Notes under the pieces: generated by a model | Databases searched by the model: none | The model's input: only the letters and a program-made list of their open reading frames with translations | Told to the model about the DNA's origin: nothing | Made by a program: the position numbers and the translations under genes | NCBI GenBank assembly: GCA_024278215.1 | Contig: JAJRTR010000167.1 | Coordinates: 1 to 43,396, forward strand | Length of the DNA: 43,396 nucleotides | DNA from: a bacterium | GTDB taxonomy: Bacteria > UBP15 > UBA6099 > JAJRTR01 | Direction: 5' to 3' | Shown here: positions 9,820 through 20,224 of the stretch, piece by piece | Numbering within the stretch: the stretch's first letter is position 1 | Layout: the number at the start of each line of letters is the position of its first letter

Positions 9820-10373
9820 CTGGGAAATCTCCTTTCCCGCCTGTAATTTCTGTAATATGTTCCGGGCTCGGTGCGCACCGAGTTGAATTGCATCCGGCGA
9901 ACTTTCCGGTTGTAGTTTTCCGAGAACAGCGATTCTCTGTAACCGTAGCCCGGTTCCGATTTCATTCTTTCCGTAAATGGTATATACATTTTATCATACT
10001 TTTCCAGTTGGGCTGCAATATTTCTGTCTGTTTGTTCCCTGACCATCCAGAGAGTGGGAACGATAAAAACGAAGAAAGCAGCGGCGATGGCGGCGCGGAG
10101 CCGGCGGCGGCGGCGGACATGCAGCGGCTGGGCGGGCAGTGCTGTCGGAGCTACTTTCACGCCGTGTGCTTTCTCCGCCTCGCGAACCAGCCTTGCGCGC
10201 AGGGTGCCGGAGAACTCCTGTTTGAGCCGCGGGCAGGTGTCGGCTGCGCTCATGACGACGCGCGCGGTCTCGGCGGCGAGCAGAATTTCCGCATCCGCGC
10301 CGGGATCGACATCCGCGCCGTCGAGGTAATCCCCGAGCAGCTTTGCAAGTTGTTTTTCTTTTTCTTCTTCCAT
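9816..10373 (-). CDS. Putative single-pass anti-sigma factor
   Basis: Directly follows the ECF sigma; N-terminal LxDYLDG helix, Arg cluster then one TM helix (AAIAAAFFVFIVPTLW). Confidence 0.65.
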   Translation of the reverse strand: MEEEKEKQLAKLLGDYLDGADVDPGADAEILLAAETARVVMSAADTCPRLKQEFSGTLRARLVREAEKAHGVKVAPTALPAQPLHVRRRRRLRAAIAAAFFVFIVPTLWMVREQTDRNIAAQLEKYDKMYIPFTERMKSEPGYGYRESLFSENYNRKVRRMQFNSVRTEPGTYYRNYRRERRFPR

Positions 10374-10424
10374 ATCTATTACCGTCCGTGCGGTGGTTTT
10401 CCGGCGTTGTCGATACACCGCGCT

Positions 10425-11015
10425 TCAGAGTTCCCCGTACTTCTTAATGTACGCCTCTCTGAACGACTTACACGCCCTGAAAAAAACCACGTCGAATGTC
10501 TCGATCGTCACTCCGAGCGCATCCGCGCATTCTTCCCTCGATTGCTTTTCCTTCAGCCGCATTATGACGGCGCTGGCGTAGCGCTTGTTTATTGTGCCAA
10601 GCACTTCTTCGATCCGGTCGCCGAGTATGCGGCTGAAATCTTCGACGACTACCGCATCTTCAGGCTGGTACGACGTGTCGGACTGATAGTCCAGCACCGC
10701 GCCGTCGACAGTCGAGTGTCGGATCGATTTGGAAATATGTTCGCGACACTTGTTTATTGCGATCATTCGCAGCCAGAAAAATATGCTCCTGTCACGCCAT
10801 TCGAAAGCCCCTATCTTGCCGAGAGCCATGAGGAATGTATCCTGGAGCACTTCTTCGGCTGCTTTTTCGTCGCGCAGGCGCGGAAATATCACTGTCTGAA
10901 ACAATGTGTTTTTGTACGCATCGTAAATCGCGCCGAAAGCTTCCCCGTCACCGTTCCGGGCTCTTTCGATAAGCGCGCGTTCTTCTTCGAGCGAAAGTTT
11001 GGATTCAAGCGCCAT
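10425..11015 (-). CDS. ECF RNA polymerase sigma-70 factor
   Basis: ERALIERARNGDGEAFGAIY, AEEVLQDTFL, WLRMIAINKC region 2; region 4 HTH (ECADALGVT). Confidence 0.9.
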   Translation of the reverse strand: MALESKLSLEEERALIERARNGDGEAFGAIYDAYKNTLFQTVIFPRLRDEKAAEEVLQDTFLMALGKIGAFEWRDRSIFFWLRMIAINKCREHISKSIRHSTVDGAVLDYQSDTSYQPEDAVVVEDFSRILGDRIEEVLGTINKRYASAVIMRLKEKQSREECADALGVTIETFDVVFFRACKSFREAYIKKYGEL

Positions 11016-11318
11016 CGTAGCTTCTATTATATATGGTCCGAAACAACATTTCACTACACAGGGTGGACAGAATCATTATTATCACGGATTTACCACAAAG
11101 AAATCTGTTAACGGAATCAGGAAAAAGCGAAAGATCGGCACGAGGAACTGCGAGAGACAGAAAGTAATTTTATTAAGGACTTTACAATACTATTGCCGAC
11201 ATATTAATATAGTTAACTATAGGCAATGTCCGATCTTTGGCTATTAGCGTTTAAAATAATTCGCCAGAGTGCGGTATTGTAACTATACCAGCATTATTTG
11301 AAGGTCAGGTGAACACCT

Positions 11319-13034
11319 ATGTCTCGCGCTGTGGGCATTGATTTCGGTACAACAAATTCCGTCGTCGCCGTGATGGAAGGCGGCGAAACAGTCGTCATCC
11401 CCAACAACCGCGGCGAGCGGCTCACTCCGTCGGTTGTTTCTTTCGGGGGCGGCGGAGAGATACTTGTCGGAACGGCCGCGAAAAATCAGGCGATAATAAA
11501 TTTCGAGCGCACTGTTGTCTCTGTAAAGCGAAAGTTCGGCACTGAGTTTTCTCTCGGCGTCGACGACAAAAAATACAATCCCGAGCAGATAGCGGCCATA
11601 GTTATCGGCAGACTCAAGGAAAGCGCCGAGGAATTCATCGGAGAAGAAGTGCGAAGCGCGGTAATCACCGTTCCGGCATATTTCAACGACGGCCAGAGAC
11701 AGTCGGTGAAGAAGGCTGGAGAGATGGCGGGGCTGGAAGTGATGCGGCTGATAAATGAGCCTACAGCGGCGGCGCTCGCGTACAATATGCCGCGCGGCGG
11801 CGAGGGCGCGATACTCGTGTTCGATCTCGGCGGCGGCACTTTCGACGTTTCCATACTCGATGTTTCCGACACTGTCTATGAAGTCATCGCCACGGCGGGC
11901 AACAACAAGCTGGGCGGCGACGATTTCGACACGGCGCTTGTGCATCACTTCTGCAGCGAGTTTTACCAGCAGCACAGCATTGATCTTCGCGAGGACCTGA
12001 TGGCGCTCCAGAAGATACGCGACGCGGCCGAGCAGGCGAAAAAAGAGTTGTCCGAATCCGACGCTACGACTGTGAATGTTCCTTTTATTTCCGCGGACAA
12101 AGACGGGCCGAAACATCTCGAAATCACTATCACACGCACAGGGTTCGAGAACCTGATAAGAAAGCATCTCGACGAAATAGATGAACTCGTGGTCCGTGCC
12201 ATGGAAGACGCCGATGTGGAAGCGGAGGATATCGACAGGGTGATCCTGGTGGGCGGATCGACGCGGGTGCCTGCGGTTCAGAGGCTGCTCGATGACCGGT
12301 TCGCGGGGCGTGTGATGAAGAACACGAATCCTGACGAATGTGTCGCGGCAGGCGCTGCGATACAGGCGGGCATCATGAGCGGCAGCGTGAAGGGACTCGT
12401 GCTGGTGGATGTCACGCCGCTGACGCTGGGCATTGAAACCGAGCACGATGTTTTCGTGCCGATCATCGAGCGCAACAGTTGCATCCCCACATCGCAGAAC
12501 AGGATTTTCACCACTGTCACAGACAACCAGAACGAGGTGGAGATACACGTGGTACAGGGCGAGCGTTCGCAGGCGAGCAAGAACTATTCGCTGGGTAAAT
12601 TCACACTCGAGGACATCGAACCGGCGCGGCGCGGCACTCCGCGCATCGAGGTGCTGTTCGACATCGACGTCAACGGGATAGTGCATGTGAGCGCGAAAGA
12701 CCAGCGCACCGGCAACGCGAAGAAGATCGAAGTGTCGCCCCGTGAGAAACTGTCGGAAGAGGAGATCGAGCAGATCGTCTCGGACGCCGAACAGCACAGG
12801 CGCGACGACGAAGTGTTCCTGGGCCGCCGACAGCTCATAAAGCAGGCGCGCACCCTGCTCGTGTTGCTGAAAACGAAGGCTGCTTCCGGTGACATTTCCG
12901 ACGACGACGAGGTCCCAGAAATAAATGAACTTGTCGAATATATCGAAAAGGTCATGCAGGGTGACGACATCGAACAGATACGGAACGCGATTGAAACGAT
13001 GAACGTATACCTGAACGAGCTGGCGGTCGCGTGA
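11319..13034 (+). CDS. dnaK: Hsp70/DnaK-family chaperone (short, probably a paralogue)
   Basis: GIDFGTTNS, TVPAYFND, INEPTAAALAY, VFDLGGGTFDVS, LGGDDFD, LVGGSTRVP, DVTPLTLGIE; 571 aa. Confidence 0.9.
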   Translation: MSRAVGIDFGTTNSVVAVMEGGETVVIPNNRGERLTPSVVSFGGGGEILVGTAAKNQAIINFERTVVSVKRKFGTEFSLGVDDKKYNPEQIAAIVIGRLKESAEEFIGEEVRSAVITVPAYFNDGQRQSVKKAGEMAGLEVMRLINEPTAAALAYNMPRGGEGAILVFDLGGGTFDVSILDVSDTVYEVIATAGNNKLGGDDFDTALVHHFCSEFYQQHSIDLREDLMALQKIRDAAEQAKKELSESDATTVNVPFISADKDGPKHLEITITRTGFENLIRKHLDEIDELVVRAMEDADVEAEDIDRVILVGGSTRVPAVQRLLDDRFAGRVMKNTNPDECVAAGAAIQAGIMSGSVKGLVLVDVTPLTLGIETEHDVFVPIIERNSCIPTSQNRIFTTVTDNQNEVEIHVVQGERSQASKNYSLGKFTLEDIEPARRGTPRIEVLFDIDVNGIVHVSAKDQRTGNAKKIEVSPREKLSEEEIEQIVSDAEQHRRDDEVFLGRRQLIKQARTLLVLLKTKAASGDISDDDEVPEINELVEYIEKVMQGDDIEQIRNAIETMNVYLNELAVA

Positions 13035-13714
13035 TGGCGGCGGATGCGCGGGAAAAGATAAAAAAATACTGCGCTGTACTCGGTGTGGCGGAAGGCGCCG
13101 GGGCAAAAGAGCTCAAAAAGGCCTACCACTGCAAAGCGGCTAAACTTCACCCCGACGTATGCCCGAACGATCCCATGGCAACCGAGGCTTTCAGGAAAGT
13201 CAACATTGCTTATCAGTATCTTAAAAAAGATGCGCGTGGCAGGAAGAAAAAATCACGTCCGAAGATCAACAAGGTAACGCGCGTCCCGGCTTCGGACTTC
13301 ACGGCGTCGCGGCGTCGTGCCGTGCCGCCTGCGCTGGACCTGCCCCCCGAAGAACTCGCCTTCCGGCTCAAATATTCCAGCAACACTTATGTTCGCATTC
13401 ACGCTGTACGCACGCTCCGCAAAACCGGGGGCAAGGAGGCTGTGTGGGCTGTTCTGCCTGCTATCGAGGACACCAACCGGCAGGTGGCCGCCGAGGCAGT
13501 AGCCGCGCTCGGGATGCTGGGCGCCCGCATCGCCGTTCTGCCGCTGATCCAGCTTTATAACAAAGCCGATACGATACTACAGTTACGTATCCAGTGGGCG
13601 CTGAAAAGGATCGATTCGCCAATAGCAGCAAGATTCGTTTCCCGCATCTCGCCGGAAAAAGAGGAATCGACCACCCTCGAAGCCCCCCGCTCCGGCGAGG
13701 GCTCGACAGCCTGA
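13031..13714 (+). CDS. J-domain protein with C-terminal HEAT repeats
   Basis: VLGV...LKKAY...LHPD J-domain; HEAT-like VRIHAVRTL / AAEAVAALGMLG; overlaps the dnaK stop. Confidence 0.85.
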   Translation: MMAADAREKIKKYCAVLGVAEGAGAKELKKAYHCKAAKLHPDVCPNDPMATEAFRKVNIAYQYLKKDARGRKKKSRPKINKVTRVPASDFTASRRRAVPPALDLPPEELAFRLKYSSNTYVRIHAVRTLRKTGGKEAVWAVLPAIEDTNRQVAAEAVAALGMLGARIAVLPLIQLYNKADTILQLRIQWALKRIDSPIAARFVSRISPEKEESTTLEAPRSGEGSTA

Positions 13715-13755
13715 AACTTTTTGCCGGGCGCATGGAGAGAAACAGAAGGTACACA

Positions 13756-14664
13756 ATGACAATACACGACGATCATCTGCACTTGAGGCCGCATGTCGCA
13801 CCGACGCCGCCGCACGAGCTCGCGCCTCTGTTGAAAGCTGCGGGCGCGGCAGGCTTTGCGCCCGGCATTCGCGAGCATCCACCGCTGCCCGGACCATACC
13901 GCATCGGGCCACACAGCGACTACGATTATGCTATGCGCGAGCACGAGGTCGAGCGATTTTTCGATCTCTTCGTCGCCGCGGGCCGGCCTGTCGGCTTCGA
14001 GTTCGATTACATTGCAGGCTTCGAGGAGGAGCAGAAAAATATACTCGACGATATGACTGCCCGCGCCCAGTCAAAAGGCGTCCCCGTTTCGGGCGTCATC
14101 GGCTCCGTGCACTTCCTGCCCGGCGATATCGTAGATGTCGAGTATGAGAAAAGCGGATTGCAGACAGTAATGTGGGACCTGGATGAAAATGTATTCAGGA
14201 GACACTTGAAGAACCGGGGCGCGGCACGCATGATCCGCGACTACTTCGGCGCGCAGCGTGAGCTGATCGGCATGAAAACCTTTGACGTGCTCGGACACAT
14301 TGAACTGATACGGAAGTTCGACACGAAGGATTCAAACGGCGACAGCATATATTTCGCGGATGTGGAAGACTTGTATATGGAGCTCGCGCGTGGAGTGATC
14401 GAACTTCTCGCGGAGTCGCCGATGGCGCTCGAGATCAACACGGCGGGGATGTTCGCAAAGCTCGGGCGGCCTTATATTTCACAGGAGCTTCTTAATTACG
14501 CGGTCGAAGCGGGTGTGCCGACCTGTTACGGTTCAGACTCGCATCTGCCTGAAAGAGTGGGGGCCGGCTGGGACATCGTCGCGCGAATGCTGGAGCGGGC
14601 CGGCCGCGAGCGGCTTGTGACATTCGACAACCGGAAAATGATTGAATACTCGTGGGTGAAATGA
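13756..14664 (+). CDS. PHP-family phosphatase (HisJ/HisK histidinol-phosphatase-like)
   Basis: DxHxH (DDHLH), EH, GFEFDY, IGSVH, GH, LEINTAG, GSDSH motifs. Confidence 0.8.
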   Translation: MTIHDDHLHLRPHVAPTPPHELAPLLKAAGAAGFAPGIREHPPLPGPYRIGPHSDYDYAMREHEVERFFDLFVAAGRPVGFEFDYIAGFEEEQKNILDDMTARAQSKGVPVSGVIGSVHFLPGDIVDVEYEKSGLQTVMWDLDENVFRRHLKNRGAARMIRDYFGAQRELIGMKTFDVLGHIELIRKFDTKDSNGDSIYFADVEDLYMELARGVIELLAESPMALEINTAGMFAKLGRPYISQELLNYAVEAGVPTCYGSDSHLPERVGAGWDIVARMLERAGRERLVTFDNRKMIEYSWVK

Positions 14665-14709
14665 AGAATAGAAGAACAGACACCGGCAAAAAACAAATAC
14701 CGACCGTCG

Positions 14710-15339
14710 CTATCGCTTATCCTTCTTTATACCGTTTAGAACCATGTTCATGAGAAATTCCTCGAACTGTTTGACGGAATTATTGCAGACCTTTTTCAGA
14801 GAATCCGACTTACCCCATTGAATGACGCATGTCGAGATGAGTTCGCAGGCGGCGAAACCGTCTGTATCATCGAAGATGCCTGCTGCCGCGCATTCGTCGT
14901 AAAAGTAGCGGAACTTGTCGATATAGAGGACTTTCTTCTCTTCCATGATTTCCCGGTCGGTTGCTTCCATGCCGAGGAGCTCAGGGATAAGCGCCCTTGC
15001 TGTCTGGCTGTACTCTTCAGTCAGAGTCAATTGTACGTGGATGGCCTCCCTGAATTTTTCTTCCGGCGGTATGTCCCTGGTTTTTATACGGTCCCATTCG
15101 GCGAAGAGCATGCTGTGGGCTTCGTCCATGACGAGGAATAGAAGGTCTTTTTTGCTGTCTATGTATTCGTAGAGAGTGCCTTTGCCGAGGTCCGCTTCTT
15201 CGGCTATTTCGCGGACGGTGGCGTTATGATAACCTTTGCGGGCGAACACGGCGGCGGCGGCGGTGAATATCTGCCTGCGCCGTTTGTTCGCATGTTCCTG
15301 CGATCTTTTAAGTGCTGCTGCGGATTTTTTTCTTGCCAT
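14710..15339 (-). CDS. TetR/AcrR-family regulator
   Basis: IFTAAAAVFARKGYHNATVREIAEEADLGKGTLYEYIDSKKDLL HTH. Confidence 0.92.
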   Translation of the reverse strand: MARKKSAAALKRSQEHANKRRRQIFTAAAAVFARKGYHNATVREIAEEADLGKGTLYEYIDSKKDLLFLVMDEAHSMLFAEWDRIKTRDIPPEEKFREAIHVQLTLTEEYSQTARALIPELLGMEATDREIMEEKKVLYIDKFRYFYDECAAAGIFDDTDGFAACELISTCVIQWGKSDSLKKVCNNSVKQFEEFLMNMVLNGIKKDKR

Positions 15340-15417
15340 GTCGGTCCCGGCTCCTAATGGTTCTTGTAGCTTTTATAAGATGGAAGCTGGAGCTTCCGCT
15401 TTTTTCTGCGTCTGCTC

Positions 15418-15444
15418 ATCGACAACATGTTGTCGCTTACGGCG
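15418..15444 (-). repeat. REP-like palindrome, family 3 copy 1
   Basis: ATCGACAACATGTTGTCGCTTACGGCG contains a perfect 16-bp palindrome; near-identical copy at 22038-22064. Confidence 0.6.
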
Positions 15445-15454
15445 CGATAAGGGC

Positions 15455-18400
15455 CTAATCAGCAGCATCATTCTTTTTAAGGTGATCCCACAGGGGCGGC
15501 AGGTCACGTTTCCCGGTGATATAGAGAACTGCACGCGTTCCGCTGTCGAACAGTATGTACATGGCGGGAATGAACACGAGAGTGAGCACAGCCGAAACGG
15601 TGAGTCCGCCGATCGCGATGATCGCCATCGGAGCACGCATTCCGCCGCCTTCCCCGCCGAAAAACGCCGCGGGGACCATGCCGCAGATCGTCGATAGTGT
15701 CGTGATGAGGATCGGTCTTAGCCTCTTGGGGGAAGCGTCGAGAATAGCGTCGTTTCTCGACATCCCTTCCTCTCGCTTCTGGTTGATAAAGTCGATCAGG
15801 AGAATTCCGTTGTTCACCACTATTCCGATAAGAAGTACTATGCCGATCTGGGACATCATATTGAATGTATTGTTCGAGAGATAAAGCGACCACACCACGC
15901 CGATGAATGTAAGCGGGAGCGTGAACATAACGACCAGCGGCTGGAGAAACGACTCGAACTGCGCGGCCATGACCATGTAAATAAATATCAGGGCGAGCAA
16001 CATAGCCGTGCCCATTTCGGCGCCCATCTCGGACATCTGCGAGTACTCGCCTTCATACTCGACAGTGTATCCTTTCGGCAACCCCATCTTTTTTATGCCG
16101 GCTTTAATGGAGTTCACGACTTCGTTGATTGTCTTGTCGCCGAGCGCGCCTTCGAGCTTGATGAGCGGCACACCGTCCTTGCGCCTGAGCGTCGCGTAGC
16201 CGAGGTCCTGTTCGACCCGCGCTACATTCGACAGCCTGACAGCGCCCCGCTTCGTCATGATGGGAATGTTTTTAACATCTTCCACCGTTTGCCTGTTTTC
16301 GCCGTCGAACCTGACACGTATGTCGTATTCGTCGCCGCCGACACGATATTTGACCGAGTCGTCTCCTTCGAGCGAAGCGCGCATCGTCATGCCGACAGTC
16401 GCGACATCCAGCCCCATCCGCGCCATTTTCTCTTTGTCGGGAATAACCCTGATTTCGGATTTTCCCGTTTCATAAGAACTGTTGACATCCTGCGCGCCGG
16501 GAGTCGCCTTGACTATATTCTCGATTTTTTCCGAAAGAGCCACCAGCGTTTCCATGTCCGGGCCCATGATGTCGACTTCGAGCGGAAGCTGACCCGGCGG
16601 GCCTCCCATGTTGGCCTGCACGATCTGGAAAGTGGCGTCGGGAATAGTTGCGGCGTGATGTCTCAGCAGGCTGATGATGTCGTCCGTGCTTCGGTCCCTG
16701 TCGGCAAAACCGACAAGATTTATCGTCATGTAGCCCTTTGTGGGCGCTTTTTGAGACATGCTTCCCTTCAGGTCCTGCCCCGCGATGCCCGTATATGTTT
16801 CGACTTCCGGGATCGTTTTTACGAATTCTTCCATGTCTTTAATTGCATTGTTTGTGTCGTCGAGAGAAGAATAGGCGGGCATGTCGAGAAGAACATATAT
16901 CTCGCCCTGATCGGTGGACGGAACGTATTCCTGCTTAACGAGTGGAAACACGAATTTAAGTGTTGCCAGAAAGATACCGGTGATAACTATGATCGTAACC
17001 GGCCAGAGCTTTATGTTGGCCCTTAGTATCGCCGGGTATGACCGCTGAACACGACCCATAAAGAAGTCGAAAACCGGAAACAGGAGATACCTGAAAACGG
17101 CGGTGAACGGGAAGAAAATGACGCCGAGCATCTTCATGATGAACGACTGCCCGGTTTTGATCTTCTCCCCGTTTTCGTCCTTGAGCTGCTTGAACATCCG
17201 GGCGGATAGCGCCGGTGTCAGCGTGAAAGCGATGAAGATGGCGAATATCGTGGCGAATACAACAGAGAAGCCGAACTGCTTGAAGAACTGCCCGGTCATG
17301 CCGGTCATGAACGCTACCGGGATGAACACGCAAATATTGGTCGAACCGGAAGCGATAACGGCAAGACCGACCTGTTTCACGCCGTCGGCCGCCGCCTGTG
17401 CAGGCGGTTTCCCCATCTCGAGGTGCCGGTATATGTTTTCGAGCACAACGACGGAATTATCCACGAGCGTACCCACAGCGATCGACAGGCCCATCAGGGA
17501 CATGAAGTTGATGGTGAAACCCGCGACATATATCGGCATGAATGTGCCGATGATGGCTGTTGGAAGCGCAAGGAAGATAATGAACGTGCTGCGGAGGTCT
17601 TTGAGGAAGAGGAATATCATCAGGGTGGCGAAGAGGCCGCCGTAGAGCAGGCTCGTTTTCACCTCTGCAAGCGCGTTTACGACGAAGTGGGACATATCCA
17701 TCGTCACCCTGACGATGTAGTCGTCCGGCAGGTATTTGCCCACGAGTGTTTTCAACGCTTTTTTTGTGTCGGCGGCAACCTCGACCGTGTTCGCGCCGCT
17801 TTGTTTTATGATTTCCATCGTCACGGCGTTTTCGGAATTCAGGCGCGAGTATTTAGTTGTGTCTTTTACGGAATCGACAACTGTTGCGATGTCACCGATC
17901 TTCACAAGCCCCATCGGGCCGGCGATTTCCACGTCTTTTATTTCGTCGACCGTGCGGTACTCGCCCATAAGCCGCACGATACTTTCATCTGTGCCTTTTT
18001 TGATTTTTCCGGCGGGAAAGTCGATGTTGTCCCGGCCCAGCGCCTGCACCACCTGCAGTATGGAAAGGTTGTAGCCGATCAGCTTGTCGCGGTTCACGTT
18101 GACTTGTATCTCCCGCTCCTGTCCGCCGGAGACACCCACATTGGCGACACCGTTTATCTTCTCGAGTTGTTTCGAGACAATGTCGTCTACAGCTTTTCGC
18201 ACTTCGAGCTCGGATCGCGGGGCGGAGACAGCGGCGAAAAGAATCGGGAACGCCGTCGGGTCGATCTGCTGGATGAAAGGGTCCTCGGCATCGTCGGGCA
18301 GATCATTTATAACAAGGTCTATTTTGTCGCGGATTTCGTTGACTTTCGCGTCGAGGTCGACACCCATGTGGAACTCCATCATGATGTTCGACATGCTTTC

Positions 18401-18655
18401 GCCGGACGTGCTGTAATACTTTTTCAAGTCGCTGAGTGAAGACAGCTCATCTTCAAGTTTGTCGGTGACCTGGAGGTCCACTTCCTCGGGCGACGCGCCC
18501 GGATATATGGTAACTACCATCACATAGGGGATATCGGCTTCGGGAAACAGTTCGACCGGCAGTTTCTGTATGGCGGTCAGACCCAGAATGACAACCGCCA
18601 TGATTATCATCGTTATAAAAACCGGCCTGCGTATCGATACATCCGCGAGATTCAT
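15455..18655 (-). CDS. RND efflux permease (AcrB/AcrD/AcrF family)
   Basis: SIRRPV start, GTLVDNSVVVLENI, GIVVNNGILLIDF, RLRPILITT; 1066 aa. Confidence 0.95.
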   Translation of the reverse strand: MNLADVSIRRPVFITMIIMAVVILGLTAIQKLPVELFPEADIPYVMVVTIYPGASPEEVDLQVTDKLEDELSSLSDLKKYYSTSGESMSNIMMEFHMGVDLDAKVNEIRDKIDLVINDLPDDAEDPFIQQIDPTAFPILFAAVSAPRSELEVRKAVDDIVSKQLEKINGVANVGVSGGQEREIQVNVNRDKLIGYNLSILQVVQALGRDNIDFPAGKIKKGTDESIVRLMGEYRTVDEIKDVEIAGPMGLVKIGDIATVVDSVKDTTKYSRLNSENAVTMEIIKQSGANTVEVAADTKKALKTLVGKYLPDDYIVRVTMDMSHFVVNALAEVKTSLLYGGLFATLMIFLFLKDLRSTFIIFLALPTAIIGTFMPIYVAGFTINFMSLMGLSIAVGTLVDNSVVVLENIYRHLEMGKPPAQAAADGVKQVGLAVIASGSTNICVFIPVAFMTGMTGQFFKQFGFSVVFATIFAIFIAFTLTPALSARMFKQLKDENGEKIKTGQSFIMKMLGVIFFPFTAVFRYLLFPVFDFFMGRVQRSYPAILRANIKLWPVTIIVITGIFLATLKFVFPLVKQEYVPSTDQGEIYVLLDMPAYSSLDDTNNAIKDMEEFVKTIPEVETYTGIAGQDLKGSMSQKAPTKGYMTINLVGFADRDRSTDDIISLLRHHAATIPDATFQIVQANMGGPPGQLPLEVDIMGPDMETLVALSEKIENIVKATPGAQDVNSSYETGKSEIRVIPDKEKMARMGLDVATVGMTMRASLEGDDSVKYRVGGDEYDIRVRFDGENRQTVEDVKNIPIMTKRGAVRLSNVARVEQDLGYATLRRKDGVPLIKLEGALGDKTINEVVNSIKAGIKKMGLPKGYTVEYEGEYSQMSEMGAEMGTAMLLALIFIYMVMAAQFESFLQPLVVMFTLPLTFIGVVWSLYLSNNTFNMMSQIGIVLLIGIVVNNGILLIDFINQKREEGMSRNDAILDASPKRLRPILITTLSTICGMVPAAFFGGEGGGMRAPMAIIAIGGLTVSAVLTLVFIPAMYILFDSGTRAVLYITGKRDLPPLWDHLKKNDAAD

Positions 18656-18769
18656 TCCGCAATGTTCCTTTTCTTCAGTCTACTTCTTCTGTGTTTCTTC
18701 ACTTAACCGCGCTGGTGAAATATGCGGGTTAATAAATCCGCATACGCCCTGCCCCGGCTATACGCTGCT

Positions 18770-19984
18770 TCAGTAGTCCTGCGTCGCCTCGATGCTGACT
18801 TTATCGCCCTCTTCAAGGATGCTCTGGCCCTCGATGACAACCATGTCGCCCGGAACGATGCACCCGTCTGTGATTACAACAAAATCGGAAACCCGCTGTG
18901 TTCCGTTGCAGAGTTTCTGCTTCGCTGTTTCGCCGACAACGGTTATCAAGTACCTGTTGTCGAGCAGCGCCTTGTAAGGAACCGCGAATTCGTTTTTTGT
19001 TCCAAGCATGATCCGGCCTTCTACAAAAGAGCCGGGGGAGAGTTCCACCGGTTCGTCGATTATGACAGCTTCGACTTCGGCTTCGCGCGTCATTTTCCTG
19101 ACATGGTTGCTGACATAAGTGATTTTCGCTTTAAACTCGGTGTTTTCGACAGCGTCGGTGGTGAAGGTGATGATGTCGCCTGTTTTTATCCGGTTTTGAT
19201 CCGCCTCGTTGACAGTGAACACAACTTTTTTCGGGCCGGATTTGAGTATTTGAAAAATTGCGTCCCTGGTGCCGGCGCCCTGGCCCAGAACAGCGAACTT
19301 ATATGAGATCACACCGTCCACGGGAGAAACAACCGTTGTGCGGTCGAGCATAAGCTTTGCCGAATCCATAGCCGCTCTCGCCTGTTCCACCTGCGCCTCG
19401 ATAACTTTTATCTGTTCGGGTCTCGCGCCGGTGACCGCCATCTCGAGGCTTTTCCTCGACGCGATGCAGGCTGTTTCAGCACCGTCGAGTTGTTGCTTCG
19501 CAGCGACACCTTTATCGTACAGGTCTTTAAGCCGCTGGAAGTTCTTGCAGTCATACTCTTTCTTTGCCTTCACCTGGACAAGTTCCTCGGACCTTGCACC
19601 CGTTATTGCCATTTCGAGACCGTTTTTCGCCTGTTCATAAGCAGCCTTCGCACGCCGGTAACCCAGTTCGTAGTCCTTTTTCTCTATCTGCAAAAGCGCC
19701 TCTCCCTTTCGGACACTCTCGCCTTTGTCTTTGTATATCGCTATGATCTCGCCTCCGACCTTCGGAGTCACATTCACTTCGTCGGGTGCTTCCACCGTGC
19801 CGCTCATTGTGATCGTAACAGGCAGCAGCATACTTTTCGCTATTACAACTTTGACCGGTTTCCCTTCCTGTTCCTGTATCTGCTGGATCGAGAGATTGTT
19901 ATCTTCTTCATCCTTTTTCCCGGCGCAGCCTGCGACGGCGGCGACCGCGAACATTATCAACATTATTGCGGCAATTCGTTTCAT
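18770..19984 (-). CDS. RND periplasmic adaptor (MFP) lipoprotein
   Basis: RBS GGGGAGA, lipobox VAG-C, KVGGEI...GESVRKGEALL and SPVDGVI motifs with long coiled coil; the longer ORF-track start runs through a repeat element. Confidence 0.9.
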   Translation of the reverse strand: MKRIAAIMLIMFAVAAVAGCAGKKDEEDNNLSIQQIQEQEGKPVKVVIAKSMLLPVTITMSGTVEAPDEVNVTPKVGGEIIAIYKDKGESVRKGEALLQIEKKDYELGYRRAKAAYEQAKNGLEMAITGARSEELVQVKAKKEYDCKNFQRLKDLYDKGVAAKQQLDGAETACIASRKSLEMAVTGARPEQIKVIEAQVEQARAAMDSAKLMLDRTTVVSPVDGVISYKFAVLGQGAGTRDAIFQILKSGPKKVVFTVNEADQNRIKTGDIITFTTDAVENTEFKAKITYVSNHVRKMTREAEVEAVIIDEPVELSPGSFVEGRIMLGTKNEFAVPYKALLDNRYLITVVGETAKQKLCNGTQRVSDFVVITDGCIVPGDMVVIEGQSILEEGDKVSIEATQDY

Positions 19985-20048
19985 AGCTGCATTCTCCCCA
20001 TTCAGAACCGTTTTGCAAAAGTTCGTAATTCCATATATGTATTCATTC

Positions 20049-20224
20049 GAGCCAATTGCAAAATTACGTTTGTGACGAGTCCGAACGATATTATTCCGAG
20101 CAAGGCAGAGACGCGAAATCCCCGCAGGCGTACTATATAGTACGTCGAGGACGGTTTCGCGCCGATAACGCGGCTCGGAGCAATTGCAGCCGGAAGCAGT
20201 AGAACTGAATTTTTCAATTGGCTC
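20049..20224 (+). mobile_element. ~178-bp palindromic element, copy C (inside the efflux operon)
   Basis: GAGCCAATTGCAAAATT...AATTTTTCAATTGGCTC flanked by ATTC on both sides; overlaps the tolC stop codon. Confidence 0.85.

Noticed and set aside
11174-11202. Sigma28-type promoter (TAAG...GCCGACAT) upstream of dnaK
   Set aside because: Spacing is 17 rather than about 15 and both boxes are imperfect.
11283-13106. 607-aa antisense ORF opposite dnaK
   Set aside because: Long antisense ORFs opposite dnaK are a known codon-bias shadow.
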